Source: Trichodelitschia bisporula (Eukaryota). From it: a DNA stretch of 64,000 nt. The notes beneath the pieces are model-generated. The model was not told where the DNA came from. It searched no databases and worked only from the letters and a program-made list of their open reading frames with translations. The translations under genes and the position numbers were made by a program. Shown piece by piece: positions 37,851-50,478 of the stretch (its first letter is position 1; every line of letters begins with the position of its first letter). The stretch lies in the NCBI GenBank assembly GCA_010356995.1, contig ML996702.1, forward strand, positions 1-64,000, given 5' to 3'.

Positions 37851-38549
37851 AGAAGACGGGCAAATGAGAAGATATGTAGTTCTAGTTTGGTGATGCAACA
37901 ACAGCTTTGTTCTCGTACACTTGTTCTTCTCAAAAGTCGCTGTTGTTGTTGTGGTTGCTGCTGTTGTCGTCGTCGTCTGTTGTCGTTGTCGTCTTCGGCT
38001 TCTGTTCCCATCGACTAGAGTGTGAGGACAAGGCCTTTGGAAGCAACAACAGATGAACCTGATCCGGAAGGGTCCGGTAGGTAGGAGCTGCCTGGTCCTT
38101 TTGAGGTGCTCCTGGCGTGGTTTTTGCCTTTCAGCATTTCGCGGGAGGAGTGCTGGGTATGCAGGTCTGCAGGTCTGTAGGTCTGCAGGTCGCGACTCTG
38201 CAGGATAGCCGTTTAGTTTAATGATGCAACCAGGCCGGGATGGATTAGGTCGGGTGCGGGGTTCTCTCGCTTTGACAGCGATTGGCTGTTGCCACGAGGA
38301 ATCCACATCAATTGCGTCCAACAGGGAGGCGAAAAAAGACGCAAGGCCCGTTCGCAGGAACGTCCGATTCGATATTTTCCCTTCAAAGGAAGCCACTCTC
38401 CGGTTCCTTTTCGTCGTCATCGCCATGTCTTATGAAGATAGGGTGAGGTTGATATGTTGAACACGACGACTTGCTTCCTGATCAACCAACATCACCACCA
38501 ATATCACCGCCACCACCACCACCACCACCACCACCACCACCACCACCAT
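37698..38549. repeat. Microsatellite cluster upstream of facB: (GA)n, (GAA)n, (TGT)n, (CAC)n
   Basis: Directly visible at about 37698-37727, 37812-37856, 37940-37995 and 38505-38549. Confidence 0.9.
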
Positions 38550-39769
38550 TGTCAACAGCTTCACCTCCCTCTGAACCCTCTTTTCCCCACCACGAGTCCA
38601 GACAACCCTCGATTACGAACCCTTTCCCCACCCGATCCCCATGCCCACATGCTTCGCCCATCCGCGACCGACCGACCAAGCCCCGAGACGCGCCCGTTCG
38701 CCCAGCAGCCACACATCCACTTCAATCCTGCCCAACGAAGCCATCTACGGATGTACTGCGCGGCAAAGAAACACTAAAACATCCCAGAGCCGAGCAAAGT
38801 GTTGAGCAAGTACCCAATCATTTCTGGCCTGCCTTCAATCTTCCAGAAGCCTTCCTCAGCACGCGTGCAAAAAAAGCAGGAAAAAAAAGAGAAAGAAAGT
38901 TCTCCGCTCGGAAAAACCTGCCCCTCCGAGCATACCCCTCCCCCTACCTGTCAGCCACTGACGCTCACCCCGCGCAATGGCGTTGTTCGCCGCTGGCCAC
39001 TCGTTCACCATCTCTGCAGTCGCAACCTCTCCTGCAACCACCAGGCGCGGAATTAAATCCATGCGGGGAGAAGAGAACATGCAGTAAGGTGAACCCATCT
39101 CACTTCACCTCATCCTAGTCCCATACCCGTACTGTAGAGGGCCAGTACATCACAGTACGCATTTCACTATCTTCACGCCCAACTCAGCCCCAGTAGCGCT
39201 TACTGTGTACGGTACCCGTTCCCTGTCTCTCCCCCGCAATCTCGCTCAACCCCACCACCATCAGCGAGACTCAGATCACGCCAGCAGGATGAGAACTCGA
39301 TCCCCGCCCCACCCCCCGCATTCACTTGCATGCCGTGCACATCCACGCATAACATACGGTATGTTTGTCCAACCTGATCCCTAAGATAACGCCCACGTCC
39401 AAATCCAGCATATCACTGCATGTGCCCGCAGCCATGACCTGACCTGCCCGTTGCCGTGCATGCACAGGTGCGGGGATAGCGAACTAGCCATCGCCGCTCG
39501 AGCGGAACCATCCTGCGGACTTGGCTCCGTGCCGGGGTGTGTGATGCTGCGCGATGATGTGGGCATGATGCGATGCGATGCGTGGTGGGGTGAGTGAAAC
39601 CTGCATTTCGCGCCCTTATGCGTGTCGGAAAAAAATGCATCACGTTGCGCAAGATATCGTAGGGAAGGCAGGTGTGAGATGGGGTATGATGTACTATTCA
39701 AGTTTACTTTATGCACATCTTGCTATTCGACCCCAGGCGATGTACGATCTTGCGGAGAGGTCCTGAGGG

Positions 39770-41321
39770 TTAGTGTGCCAAGTCATCATCTTCTGTTGCT
39801 TCTTCACCCTGTGCTCCGGAATCGGCGTTCATTGACTCGAGATACGCCGTTACCGTCGGATGCCGCATCAGCTCGGCGATCTGTCCGTCCCGTTAGCTCC
39901 CGCGCCGAACTCAAACCGTAAACTCACCTGCCCATCCAGGGATACTTCCGCCCGTTTAAGCAAGTCCAGCTCAAGCCCCCTAAGCCGTCGTGCCAGTCCA
40001 GTCGGCCCGAACTCATCCTCTCCATCACTCACCTCAGACACAGCCCGTTCAAACTCCCCTGCACTTCCCTCCAACCCCTCCACCTGCGCTTCAACAACCT
40101 GCCTAACCACAACCGTCGCCCTGAGCAACAACACGGGCCACAGCTCCTCCTTTTCGAGCAAGGGTCGCAGCGCGCCTGCGTGCGGGACTTCGGAGTCACG
40201 CCACAGCACGACCAGGTCGTGTCTACCGTCCAGGCGCCGTGCGGCCCGAATGCTGAGTCCGTCTTCTTCATTCACGACGGCAAGCCACAGCGCATCCGAG
40301 TCCCACGTCACGCCTCTGGGAGCTTCACCGTCAGCAGCGTCGGGCTCGTCCTCCTTGGCCTCGGCGTCCGAGATGCGCACTCCCGGCGCAGCGGTGCACC
40401 ACGCGCGCTTCGCCGGCGCCAGCGGATCGTCGTCGGCAAGGGCGATGGGGAGGAAGAGCGTGCCCGCGCTGCACATGTCGGACGGCAGGAAGCCGTAGGA
40501 GAAGAGCATTTCACACGCGCCCTTGTGGGAGCCGTAACTGATCGTGATTTCTTCGCCGGCGGCTACGGCGGCGCCACCGTGCAGGTGCAGCTGGATGTCC
40601 CCGTTGCTGACGTCGTAGTATGCGTTTGGGCTGGAGGCGTGGTTCGCCATGTCGAGGATCGGCGCCATGCAAGCGCCTATCGGGGGAAGTTCAAGGGCTC
40701 GGGAACGGTATTGCGCATCCAGCATGGTCCAGGTGAGGAGGGAGGGAGTGTGGTCGGCGAGGAGGGATGCAAGTGTAGTCCATTCGCGGTGGAGGGTGGA
40801 GAGTTTTGCTGTCACGGCAGAGGCTAAGGTCGTTCCGGAGAGGAAGTTCACTTGGTGCTCAGGCCAGAGAGTGGGGAGAGGAGGGGTTGGGAGGGAGGAG
40901 AGGTAAGTGGTGAACCGGGAGGAGTGGGAGGTCCGCGTGGTAGTGAGGTGGAGAAGGAAGAGGAGGATGGTCAGACGGGGTGTCTATATTGGCAGCATAT
41001 CAGTTCTCAGTTCGGAGAGTCAAGTGGCAACGAGGAGACGCGATTAGAAGGCCGTACCGTCGCCCACTCACGCGTCGCCTCCAGTAGCTCTGCCAACCCG
41101 CGATCCGCCTTCGCAGTCTCGAGCACTGTCTCGCGGCTCAGCACCAGGTCACGTGGTACCACGAGCAGCAGTCCCCCAGCCTCCGGCAAATCTGCCGTCG
41201 CGAGCAGCGCGCTGCCCCGCGAGCTATGACCCGGCGTCGGGCCGATGTGTGCGGACCCAAAGCGGACGCCGTTCAGTACGGCCCAGGGGTGGATCGTCGA
41301 GGAAAACGTTGATTGGGACAT
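39770..41321 (-). CDS. SET-domain protein lysine methyltransferase (non-histone Rkm/Efm-like), 3 exons
   Basis: WAVLNGVRF, LLLVVPRDLVLS, PILDMANH, GEEITISYG, EMLFSYGF; two canonical introns give a continuous ORF. Confidence 0.85.
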
Positions 41322-41939
41322 TAAGAAAAGTGGTGCTGTAGGTGTGTATGTGGGTGCGGACAGGCTGACAATGGGGTATCGCCCGAAGGCGGGGCTTTCT
41401 AGGAAAGGGAGAAGGGCATTTATACAGAGTTAAAGAAGAGAATATACGCGTGGGATTGGGGTTGAAGGATAGATAGGTTGGTGGAAAATGTGTTGGTAGG
41501 AATGTCAGACTTTTAATGCCATGTGTTGACGATGGGATGAAATGGGCGATATTTTGCTTGCGTGGCCCCGCCAACCACGGGACTACAAGATTTCGGCCCG
41601 TAGTCTCATTCCTTTGCGCTCGGATTCGGGCCACAGTCTCCACGGGATGCTGTGAACACGTACATCCATATGGTACAAATTTCGGGGACCTCATCATGTG
41701 ATAAGGCAACCTGGCAAGGGTGATACGTAGGCAGTTGGTAGTCATCGTTGCATCTCCAGCTTCGCCGCTGCTCATTCCGTGCACTCCAAAACACCTTCCT
41801 AAACTTCATCATTCTCTAACCAGTCAGTATGCCAGTGTCGGTTCACCCAACCCGCTGGACCAGCAAGTGCCTTCGGCGCCTAGGCATATCCGTCACAACC
41901 ACCCATGAGCGTCCTGACGCACACGACCTTCCGATAGAC

Positions 41940-42632
41940 GATCCTTCCGCTTTACTGGATTGCTTAGGCTTCATCGCCGGCACTGAGAGGGCTTACAGCA
42001 ATATCTCCGTTGATAGGGACTCGATGCCATACCGCCCTGGAGCACCCAATCGGATCAAGTCCTCCTTTCTTGCGAGCTGGCCTTGCTTCAAAGAACAGGC
42101 CCGACATACCGTTGACGAGCCGTGACGACGATAACGCAGGTACCGTTGCTCACACTCTCAAGGCGTTGTTTCCCCTAGCTACACGTTGGTTTGAGCAATT
42201 GGCAACGAAGGGATACTTCTCACTCCACGCTACGGAAGCTCAACGGCATACTGGAATCCTCGGACTGCTCTTTTCTCAGCACTGCCGGAGCTAGGAAAAT
42301 ACGAACTTCGTGGCCCTGTTCTGGTTGTTATTTCCTCTCGCTCCCGTTGTGAGGAAGTTGCCTGTCTCTTGTCGCTTGCTCAGACATACTTTGACCAGAT
42401 GGGTGACTCTCATGGAGCCGAGAGACTCTTTGTGATTGTCGCAGCGAGGGGAGCGGCCATAACATTCTTGGAAGCGGTTGAAACCCGGGACTGCATTCAG
42501 TCAATGACGGCAGGAAAGGCTTATGCCCTAGATGTCAAGCAGAGTCCTCAGTTCCATATGCAAATTGCGGTGGAGAGAGCTGCAGCATTTGCTAAGCTAA
42601 AGCAGGTGGTTGTGGATGCTGGGCAGATCTGA
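41940..42632 (+). pseudogene. Highly diverged paralog of the PD-(D/E)XK-like family
   Basis: GPVLVV...RLFVIVAARGAAITFLEAV...QSPQFHM...ER roughly parallels the C-terminal layout of the two downstream copies; frameshifted; catalytic motif not retained. Confidence 0.35.
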
Positions 42633-43039
42633 TAGCGACTTCCCACACTCAAGTGAGTTGCAGTTGCGCAAGGTCAAAACGGAAGAGGCCTTTGTTGTAG
42701 ACCAATGCTGGACCAACCTTGATTGAGTACGCTTACTATTGTATCCCTATATGCTGCTCTCCTTCTCCCACATTCGAGTGGGAAGTGCTCAGTGGAGCAG
42801 GATGCAGAAACACAGGGTGGCTCTTTTCCTCTCACCTTCGAGCCGCTCGTTTCCTCCCACATCAGGAACGCTCTTTCCCCCTCACCTCCAGAACGCCCTT
42901 TCCCTCTCACCTTCTCCGATTGGCGTCTCGCCATTGCCAGGACAATCAGTGACTCAGGATCTATGAGGGCACCACGCCCACCATCTTCCACAGTGCCACA
43001 TCCACCGTCTTTCAAAGTACCGCACACTCTTCAAAATAC

Positions 43040-43745
43040 ATGGCCTCTTCGAACACTACAATGGCCAGTGATAACATCTCGACGGATACGGAGGCCTCGG
43101 ATGATTCGGACATCTTGATGTGGAACCACCCAACGGAGAAGCCATCCATCCGCGAGCGGATGGATATGCTCAAAACTCCGACCCAGCGATTGCTGGTTTC
43201 GTTCCTCGGAATTGTTCTTACAGATTACAACAAGGCGAAGGGGCTGGCATCGCCGCTGAGGCTCGATCGATAATATCCGCCACGATGTCAGTATCCGGAA
43301 CAATCCTGTGGAATCCTTGACGGATGGTGGGATATACCGCTCGATTAAGTTCGGCGGGAAACCGACGTTCGATGGCCCACTCATCCTCCTTAAGTGGAAG
43401 GGAGCCTCTCTAGGATCGTCATACGAGCCACCGGTTCTTGGTGAGGCACTAGGGTGCGTTCAACACCGGGTGAAAGCGGCCAATGGTCTACCGTTGAGCA
43501 AAGAAAAGCTGCGGGTCTTCTGCATTCTCGGGCAGCAACTGTCGATGCGCATCATTTCGAACCAATTCAACATGGAATATCTTAAGTGGGTGGACGAGGA
43601 GCCCAACCCCTCGCAAGAGCCGCCAGCAGCTGAGATGTGGCAGACGGAACCTATGGGCCTTGAGACGAAAGAAGGGAGGGTGCTCGCCTACAAGAGCGTG
43701 TGGGGAGCGTTGGACTTAGTGAGCTGTAAAGAAGGCACGGGATAG
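43040..43745 (+). pseudogene. PD-(D/E)XK-like hypothetical protein, frameshifted
   Basis: Aligns end to end with 44973-45671 (YNKAK..SPL, ESLTDG, GPLILLKWK, VLGEALGCVQHR, EYLKW, WGALD); frame changes near 43270. Confidence 0.6.
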
Positions 43746-44202
43746 AGGCATTGCTACTGAAGGAAGGGGCTTAGAAGGAGGATACATGGCGAACATCATA
43801 TTGTATTTAGTCTCAAGCGGTTCCGCCCCTCACCTGTCTCGCTTCGTTTTTTAGTTCACCCTTCTCACTTAGGAGAGCACTACATCCACCATCTTGCACG
43901 ATGCCACGTCCACCGCCTTTCAACGCACCGCACCATTCTCCAAAACGGCATGGCTTCATCGAACGCTACTGATGTGGGCACATGAGGCAACAGGGCAAGG
44001 CGTCATGTTTGGCACCAAGGGATCATACTTACTGTTGGGAGGAGCATACCACTCTTGGGAAGGAACATGCTAATGGAAGGCGCACCTGAGGTAATGTGCT
44101 CACGGTTGAAGGAAGGAACGTGGTAATTTGCTCACCGGGGAAGGAAGGAACATTGGAGGACGCTTGCCACAGCGTGTACCCCAATCTTGAGCGTCTCCCG
44201 AC

Positions 44203-44485
44203 ACTCTTCTTCCTCATCTCTCAACAATCTCTTCTCCCGCATCTATCAACACGCTCCTCTTCCGCATCTATCAACACTCTCCTCTTCCGCATCTATCAAC
44301 ACTCTCCTCTTCCACATCTTTCAACACTCTCTTCTTCCTCATCTATCAACGCTCTCTTCTTTCCTCATCTATCAACAGTGTCTTTTTCCGCATCTGTCAA
44401 CAGTCTCTTCTTTCTCATCTGTCAACACTCTCTTCTTCCTCGCCTCTCGACACCCGGTTCTTCCCCGCCTCTCAACACTCTTTTC
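44203..44485. repeat. Pyrimidine-rich minisatellite (about 23-bp unit)
   Basis: Roughly a dozen tandem copies of CTCTTCTTCC(T/G)CATCTATCAACA-like units. Confidence 0.85.
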
Positions 44486-44972
44486 TACCATGATTTACAG
44501 TGCATGCTGCTTCGCCTTCCGGACCTTCATGTGGATGAGAGCCACGTCGCTCTCTCCTTCAATTCCATTAACCTCGCCAGCCTTGTTAGCACCGAGAGCG
44601 CGAAGCCTGAGCAGCAAGTCGAAGAAGCGAAAGAAATCTACCAAGATCGGCTCGACTCCTGGAACCGGAAGCAACAAGTTGCTAAGCGCGCTATCACCGG
44701 GACCCTCGACCAAACGGGTCGTAACTGGCTCAGCGACTGCGCAACGGCGCCGTTAGCAGCCCCGGGAGCAGCCAGGTGGAAGAACCCACCCCCCAGGAGC
44801 TGGCATCAACACTGACGCCATCGGAGCGGTCAATCATCGCCAGTGGCCAGAAGCTGCGGGGTCATGGCAGTCTTCCAATGAAACGAGCTTGGGAGCCCGA
44901 GGAGGCCTCGGCCACCGAGACAAGATCCGCAAAGTCGGTTAGGAACCTAGAATCGACAGCCCCCATTCCGGG

Positions 44973-45671
44973 GTGGGCCGAGTGGATACGGACATCTGGA
45001 TGTCCTCCACTGAGTCCGACACCACCCAGTCCGATGTGTCAATGACCTCGACTCGGTCAAACTTTTCCGCGTTGGACGCATCCATCCTCAAACAGATGGA
45101 AATACTAGAGATGTCGACCACAATATTGGCCAATTTGTTTTTGGCAGTTGTCATTGGGTGCTACAACGAGGCGAAGAGTCCCGCACGGCCGTTAACGGCC
45201 TCGGCGGACGCTACAAAGTACAACGTCAGCCCCAGAAATGACAAGATTGAATGTCAGACGGATGGCCGAATTTCCCGCTTGACCAAGTCGGACCAGAGGC
45301 TGACATGGGAAGCGCTCGATGACCCTCTTGTGCTTGTCGAGTGCAAGAGGACCGAGGAATCAACATACCTCTCCCAGGTCCTTGCTGAGGCGGTGGGGTG
45401 CGTCCAGAAGCGAAAGACATTAGCTGATGGGCAGCCTTTAATCCCAGCGAGGATGGTAGTAGTCTGCATTGTTGTGCAGCAAATGGCTTTGACGCTCGCT
45501 TCTTTCCAGATCACCACTGAGTACCTCCAGTGGCTAGAGGTAACCATTCTCCGGCAAAACGCGCCAGAAATTGTGATGCGCTGGACGTCATCTATGAGCC
45601 TGGCGACGGGCGTAGGGAGGATGTGTGCCGTCAAGTATATCTGGGGGGTATTAGACTCAGTTTGTGAATAG
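44973..45671 (+). CDS. PD-(D/E)XK nuclease-fold-like hypothetical protein (start uncertain)
   Basis: E...LANLFL helix, CQTDG, LVLVECKR, SQVLAEAVG: the D...ExK...Q spacing of restriction-endonuclease-fold proteins. Confidence 0.55.
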   Translation: MGRVDTDIWMSSTESDTTQSDVSMTSTRSNFSALDASILKQMEILEMSTTILANLFLAVVIGCYNEAKSPARPLTASADATKYNVSPRNDKIECQTDGRISRLTKSDQRLTWEALDDPLVLVECKRTEESTYLSQVLAEAVGCVQKRKTLADGQPLIPARMVVVCIVVQQMALTLASFQITTEYLQWLEVTILRQNAPEIVMRWTSSMSLATGVGRMCAVKYIWGVLDSVCE

Positions 45672-45961
45672 TATGAACATTGGTGGAGGTAGGGGCGGTG
45701 TATACATCCGTAGGACCCTTTCTTTCGGCTCTGAGGATATGGCTCAATAACAACATCTCCCTTTCTTCATTACTTCACGAGCTGAAGGATTTCCTCTCTG
45801 CCCAAGGTGAAAAAAAACCGCTCACGCTGACTGGATGGAGCATGGTATTTCTCATACGGACACCATGACGGACAGCCTAGCGTCGAGATCCCGCCTGCGA
45901 CGAATGACATTTTTTGATCTGACATCTTCATTGAACAGCCGTATTTTTTCGTCATCAAACC

Positions 45962-46048
45962 GGTCGATTAGCTCAGTTGGTTAGAGCGTGGTGCTAATAC
46001 AGCTCGTCTGTAACGCCAAGGTCGCGGGTTCGACCCCCGTATTGACCA
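45962..46048 (+). tRNA. tRNA-Ile (anticodon AAT) with 13-nt intron
   Basis: Acceptor stem GGTCGAT/ATTGACC, D arm GCTCAGTTGGTTAGAGC, anticodon arm TGGTG-CTAATA, intron 46000-46012, T arm GCGGGTTCGACCCCCGT. Confidence 0.95.
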
Positions 46049-46412
46049 TCTTCACCGGCATTCAAGCTGGCTTCTCTTTTTCGACTTTTTCTTCACGATT
46101 GTCTCTCGGCGGCAGTGGAGCAAACTTTTTGCGGGTCGGAGGTTGAAAATATACCGACCGGGGTGGTCGGCTTTGTTGGCAACCAGGGTTCACAACTTCA
46201 CGGAACTGTACAGCATCACGACAGACGGCAAGCAGCAGATTCAACATATTACTCGAGACCGCATAACGCAATCCCCGGTCTGGAGCAGCTATTCCGCAAC
46301 CAGAATTTTCGTCACCCGGCGCGCCCGAGCACCGCACATGCCCCGCCAGAGTCTACATGAACCCGCCATCCGTCCCGCCGCCGACCCAATGCATACCCAA
46401 AACCAAAAGCGC

Positions 46413-47269
46413 TTACTGCGACGAGCCGCCGGAGATGGTGATGATCTGGCCTGTGGGGGATGTTAGTGCGGTTCAACTATGAGGGGGTGGAAGGACGAAC
46501 CATTCACCCAGCCGCCATCCTCGCTGGCCAGGAAGGCGACGACGCGCGCCACGTCCTCGGGCTCCGCGCAGCGGCCGAGCGGGCAGTGATCCGCCATCAT
46601 ACCCTCGATCTTCTCTTTGGGCCAGTCAGGCGTGCCGCCGGGGATGTAGTGCCAGGCGTTCTGGGTGAACATGTCGGACTTGATGCCGCCCGGCGCGATG
46701 CCGTTAACCGTAATACCGCGGCGACCGAAGTCCGTCGCAAAGGCCTTGACGAAGCCGATGACGGCCATCTTGGACCCGTTGTACAGGGCGTGGTTCTTGA
46801 CGCCGAGCAGCCCGGCGGCGATGGATGACATGAGGATGATGCGCCCGTTGTTCTCCATGTTCTTGTACGCCGTCTGGCCGACGAAGAACTGCGCGCGCGC
46901 GTTCAGGTTGAACACGTGGTCGTACTTCTCCTCCGTGATCTCCTCCGTCACGTCCCAGCTCTCGGTCCCGCTGTTGGACATCACGATGTCGATCTTGCCG
47001 AATGCCTCCTTGGCCTCGGCGAACAGCCGGTTGATTTCGCTGACTTTACTCACGTCGGCTTGGATGGCCACCGCCTTGGCTCCGTTGCCGAAGCCCTCGA
47101 TGATGGCGACTACTTCCTCAGCCGGCCCCTTGGACGACACGTAGTTGATGACGACGCTGGCGCCGCGCTTGCCCAGCTCGATGGCGCAGCCGCGCCCGAT
47201 GCCGCGCCCGGCACCAGTGACGAGTGCGACCTTGCCCTCGAGGGAGGCGGTGGGAACAGCGACGACCAT
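46413..47269 (-). CDS. Short-chain reductase, 1,3,6,8-tetrahydroxynaphthalene reductase type (DHN melanin; 4HNR/Arp2-like)
   Basis: TGAGRGIG, VMSNSG.E.W, VFNLN.R.QFFV, SSIAA, NHALY.GSK, IAPGGIKSDMF..N.WHY.PGG; a 3' intron gives terminal GQIITISGGSSQ. Confidence 0.88.
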
Positions 47270-48899
47270 TTTGGCAGCGAAGCGAGTAATATAAAAGCTG
47301 TTGAAGTGCTGTGGGGTATGGGGTAACGCTTTGGGAATGAGCAGCGGGGCGCGGGGTTCCTAAATAGCGGGGTCTGACACAAAAGGGCGGTCAGCTTGAG
47401 GTTTCTCTTCTTTTTCCGCAATGCGCTGGCGACGCAGCACGCGGAGCTCCAATGAGCGAGGGGCTCTGCTTACCGGGTGAGGGGATCTGCAGCGCGAGCG
47501 AGGTGTGTATTCGTGGTCGCTGCTGCTGCGGGGTTCTGGCCATTATATAGCCCGATTTAGACGGGGAAGTGGGGAGCCGAAAGGCCGCCCGGGGGTGGAT
47601 GGTGGAGGCGGGGGGTGCACTCTACGCAAGGCTAACGTCGCTGGAGAAACGGAGGGGGCTGTGGGCTGTGCTACGGCGTCTCGCTCTTATCCCTTGTTTT
47701 TTGGGCCAGACAGAGCGCCGCGAATAGAGCGTTGCTGCTTGGGCGTTGCTCTTAGGCCGCCAGAGGCTGGGTGTGGTGGAGGGGTTGACGAGACGCGCCG
47801 TGCAGGGCGGCGGGGCATGCATGGAGGGGTAGGTCTACTGCACTTGGGGTTGGAGGGGAACACTTCTTGGACTCACGAACGCAACGTTGCTACTGGTGCG
47901 GGGATTGGGGACTGGCACGGCGTTGACAAGCAAAGGGACTGCATCACGAAGGGGGTAGCGGTGGACGCCTTGTGGACACCTGCGGGCCGCGAACCTCGAA
48001 ATCCGATGCTAACGCAAAGCGCCTGGTGCGCATCGGTAGTCCGAGATAGACAGGCACGTCAGGCACGGAATTGGAATGCGAGGCTGGCGCCGCGGCGGGG
48101 GTCCCTGATCGGCTGCGGGGGTGGGGGGTGTGGAGGGGCGCTACCTGTTACCTGTGGGAGTCCGGGAGAGATGGGCGTCTCGGGAGTGTTTGGGGCTTGG
48201 TGAGTGCGCTGCTTTGCTTTGCTTTGCTTGGATGGAGTCTGGTACGAAGATGCGTGCGGCGCCCGTCGACGATATATTGTGGCCCAAAACGGGGGATGTG
48301 TGAGGCCCGCGATGCCTAAAATAGATGCGGGGATGGTGGGGGAGGCCGTGTTGCTAACCTTAGGGATGTTGGGCAGAGAGGCTGAGGGGACAACAGCCCG
48401 TCGGGTGGACTCCCGAGACAAGCATTTAGGGATTGCTGAGTTGCTGAACAAACTGTAGGGCAACCGCTCGTTCAGCTCGTGTCTGTAGTGAACCGTGAGA
48501 TCCCGTGAGAAAGGTGAGATTACGGAGTATTGCTGGCTTTCACTGGGTGGTCGGGATGTGGCTTGCCCTATGCAATCTTGGCAACGTCGCATGGGCAGGA
48601 ACGACGAGCTCCACTCAGACCATCTTTCTCTCTTCCACACTTCATCAACGACATCAATCATTCCATCCCAACTTCCATATCTCCCTTATATAGCCATCCA
48701 AGTGATGTGATGACACTTGCCACCGCCGCTCTTTCGGCGCAGTATAGATCAACTCCTGTACAAATTTTTGCCATCTCTGTGGCCTTCAACGTCCCCAAAG
48801 TGTCATCCGAGAGGCACGCAATGGTTATCGATCAATTGCATCACTCAACCTAGAACTTCCGTCGGAGGAGTACGCCGGTGATACCAATCTCACTGCCGA

Positions 48900-50478
48900 A
48901 GGGCGACTGATACAAAGAGCAACAACTACGGCGACCATGACTTCTACGAAGACGTGTACAGCGGAGATCAGGCTGAGCCAGCGGTCAAAGATCTCCATAA
49001 GGAGCCCATGGCTCCCTGCTCTACTGCCCCTTGGCTAATGGAAGGAGACTGTCAAAATGGATACCATGCATGATCTCTGAAGATCCTTGATGCTTGCGTT
49101 TGAGCCCTGAAAAAGGAGCTTGCCGCGAAGGATGTGGAGATCTTCCCGCTCAATGAGGCCCGGTACACCGGCAAGAGCGAATCGGTAAGCTATATAAACA
49201 TTGTGTGCGATGGTACTGATCAAGTAGGACGTTCTGCTGAAGAAGACCGGGGCGAGCTGGTAAATATACCGACGAGCACGGCATTGTTCAAATTCCCGAA
49301 TGTCAAGGGATGAGTCTACAGCTTTCTCCGGCGGCAAAGATATCGTATTTGCAATTCAAGTCTTTCGGGTATGGTGGCGCAGTACTCGCTACAAACCCAC
49401 GATTCGCGACCCAACCTGCCGCGACGTTCTCGGCGAGAAAACCATCTGGACCCTGGTTGCTGGCGAGGACGATGGTCGCATTCTACGGGAACAGGCATGC
49501 AATTGTGGTTTTGTCTTTCAGCACTGGAAGCTGGAATCAAGCGTCTGAAGAGTGAGATCGCCAGCATGCAAATGTATGCTGCGCCTTTGACCATGTATTT
49601 CGACGGGGGGCTGTGAGTTAAGTCCTCAACGCAGTGTTATGCATATTGATCGAGTTGCAGGCTTTAGGACCTGCGAGAAAGACATCGCAAAGTTGCCAAG
49701 GTTCTCCGCTTAGACGCCGAGCTGTTCATGCAGAAGCTTCCACGGGAACTGAGAATCATGGTGTACCGTGAGCTCTACGTCAAGTCTGAAGAGATCAAAG
49801 TGTGGCCCCGAATCATCGACAACAAAATTCACATCCATATGCCACGAGATGAAGCCATGTATCTCCGCTGGCAATTCGTTAGCCCGTCGTTCATCTTCGC
49901 CGTAGATTTCCTCAAGATAATATGTCTTTTCTCCGCTTAGCATCAGATAGCATGTCGTTCTACATAAACCTTCGAAAACAGCCTCCACCAGCAAGCTTAT
50001 ACACCGGCACTACAAAGACGTACAGGGCCAACTGGATGTTTGAAGATATCCAGAAAGATCAGGACTCTGATCTTGAATGCCGCTTCATATCCTGGAGTAT
50101 GTCACGCAGTGAGAGTGCAAATATCAGTGGACTGAAGCCATGGGGGACGCTGGACTTTCCACCCTCTCTCTGTTCTGGATGGTGGCGCAGATGATGACGG
50201 CTTGCGGAGCAGAACTCGATGACCGCGTGCTCCTTGAAATGGTTCAGCCTCCACGAATTATGAAAAGGTGGTGGTCTCCGTTCCCAGCCACGGACGGTGG
50301 GAGATACCTTGGGAGGATACGGGTCCTCGGAGGGGACGGTCAAGTTCAGCATCTCCGGAAAATCGTTCAAGGCCCGACCCTAAGCACCCGGACATACCGG
50401 AATTCACGGGTGAAGGACAAGACGTCTGCTCCGATTATCGGAGCTGGAAGACTCAAGCCGACATTCGGTTCCGGCTAA
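48900..50478 (+). pseudogene. Decayed hypothetical gene with an F-box-like motif
   Basis: FMQKLPRELRIMVYRELY near 49725-49780; GTAAGC and GTGAGT donors; several in-frame stops. Boundaries approximate. Confidence 0.35.

Noticed and set aside
37650..39118. ORFs with poly-S/T/H/P
   Set aside because: Translations of microsatellites in the facB upstream region.
44203..44485. CRISPR-like array
   Set aside because: Eukaryotic context; contiguous tandem units without unique spacers.
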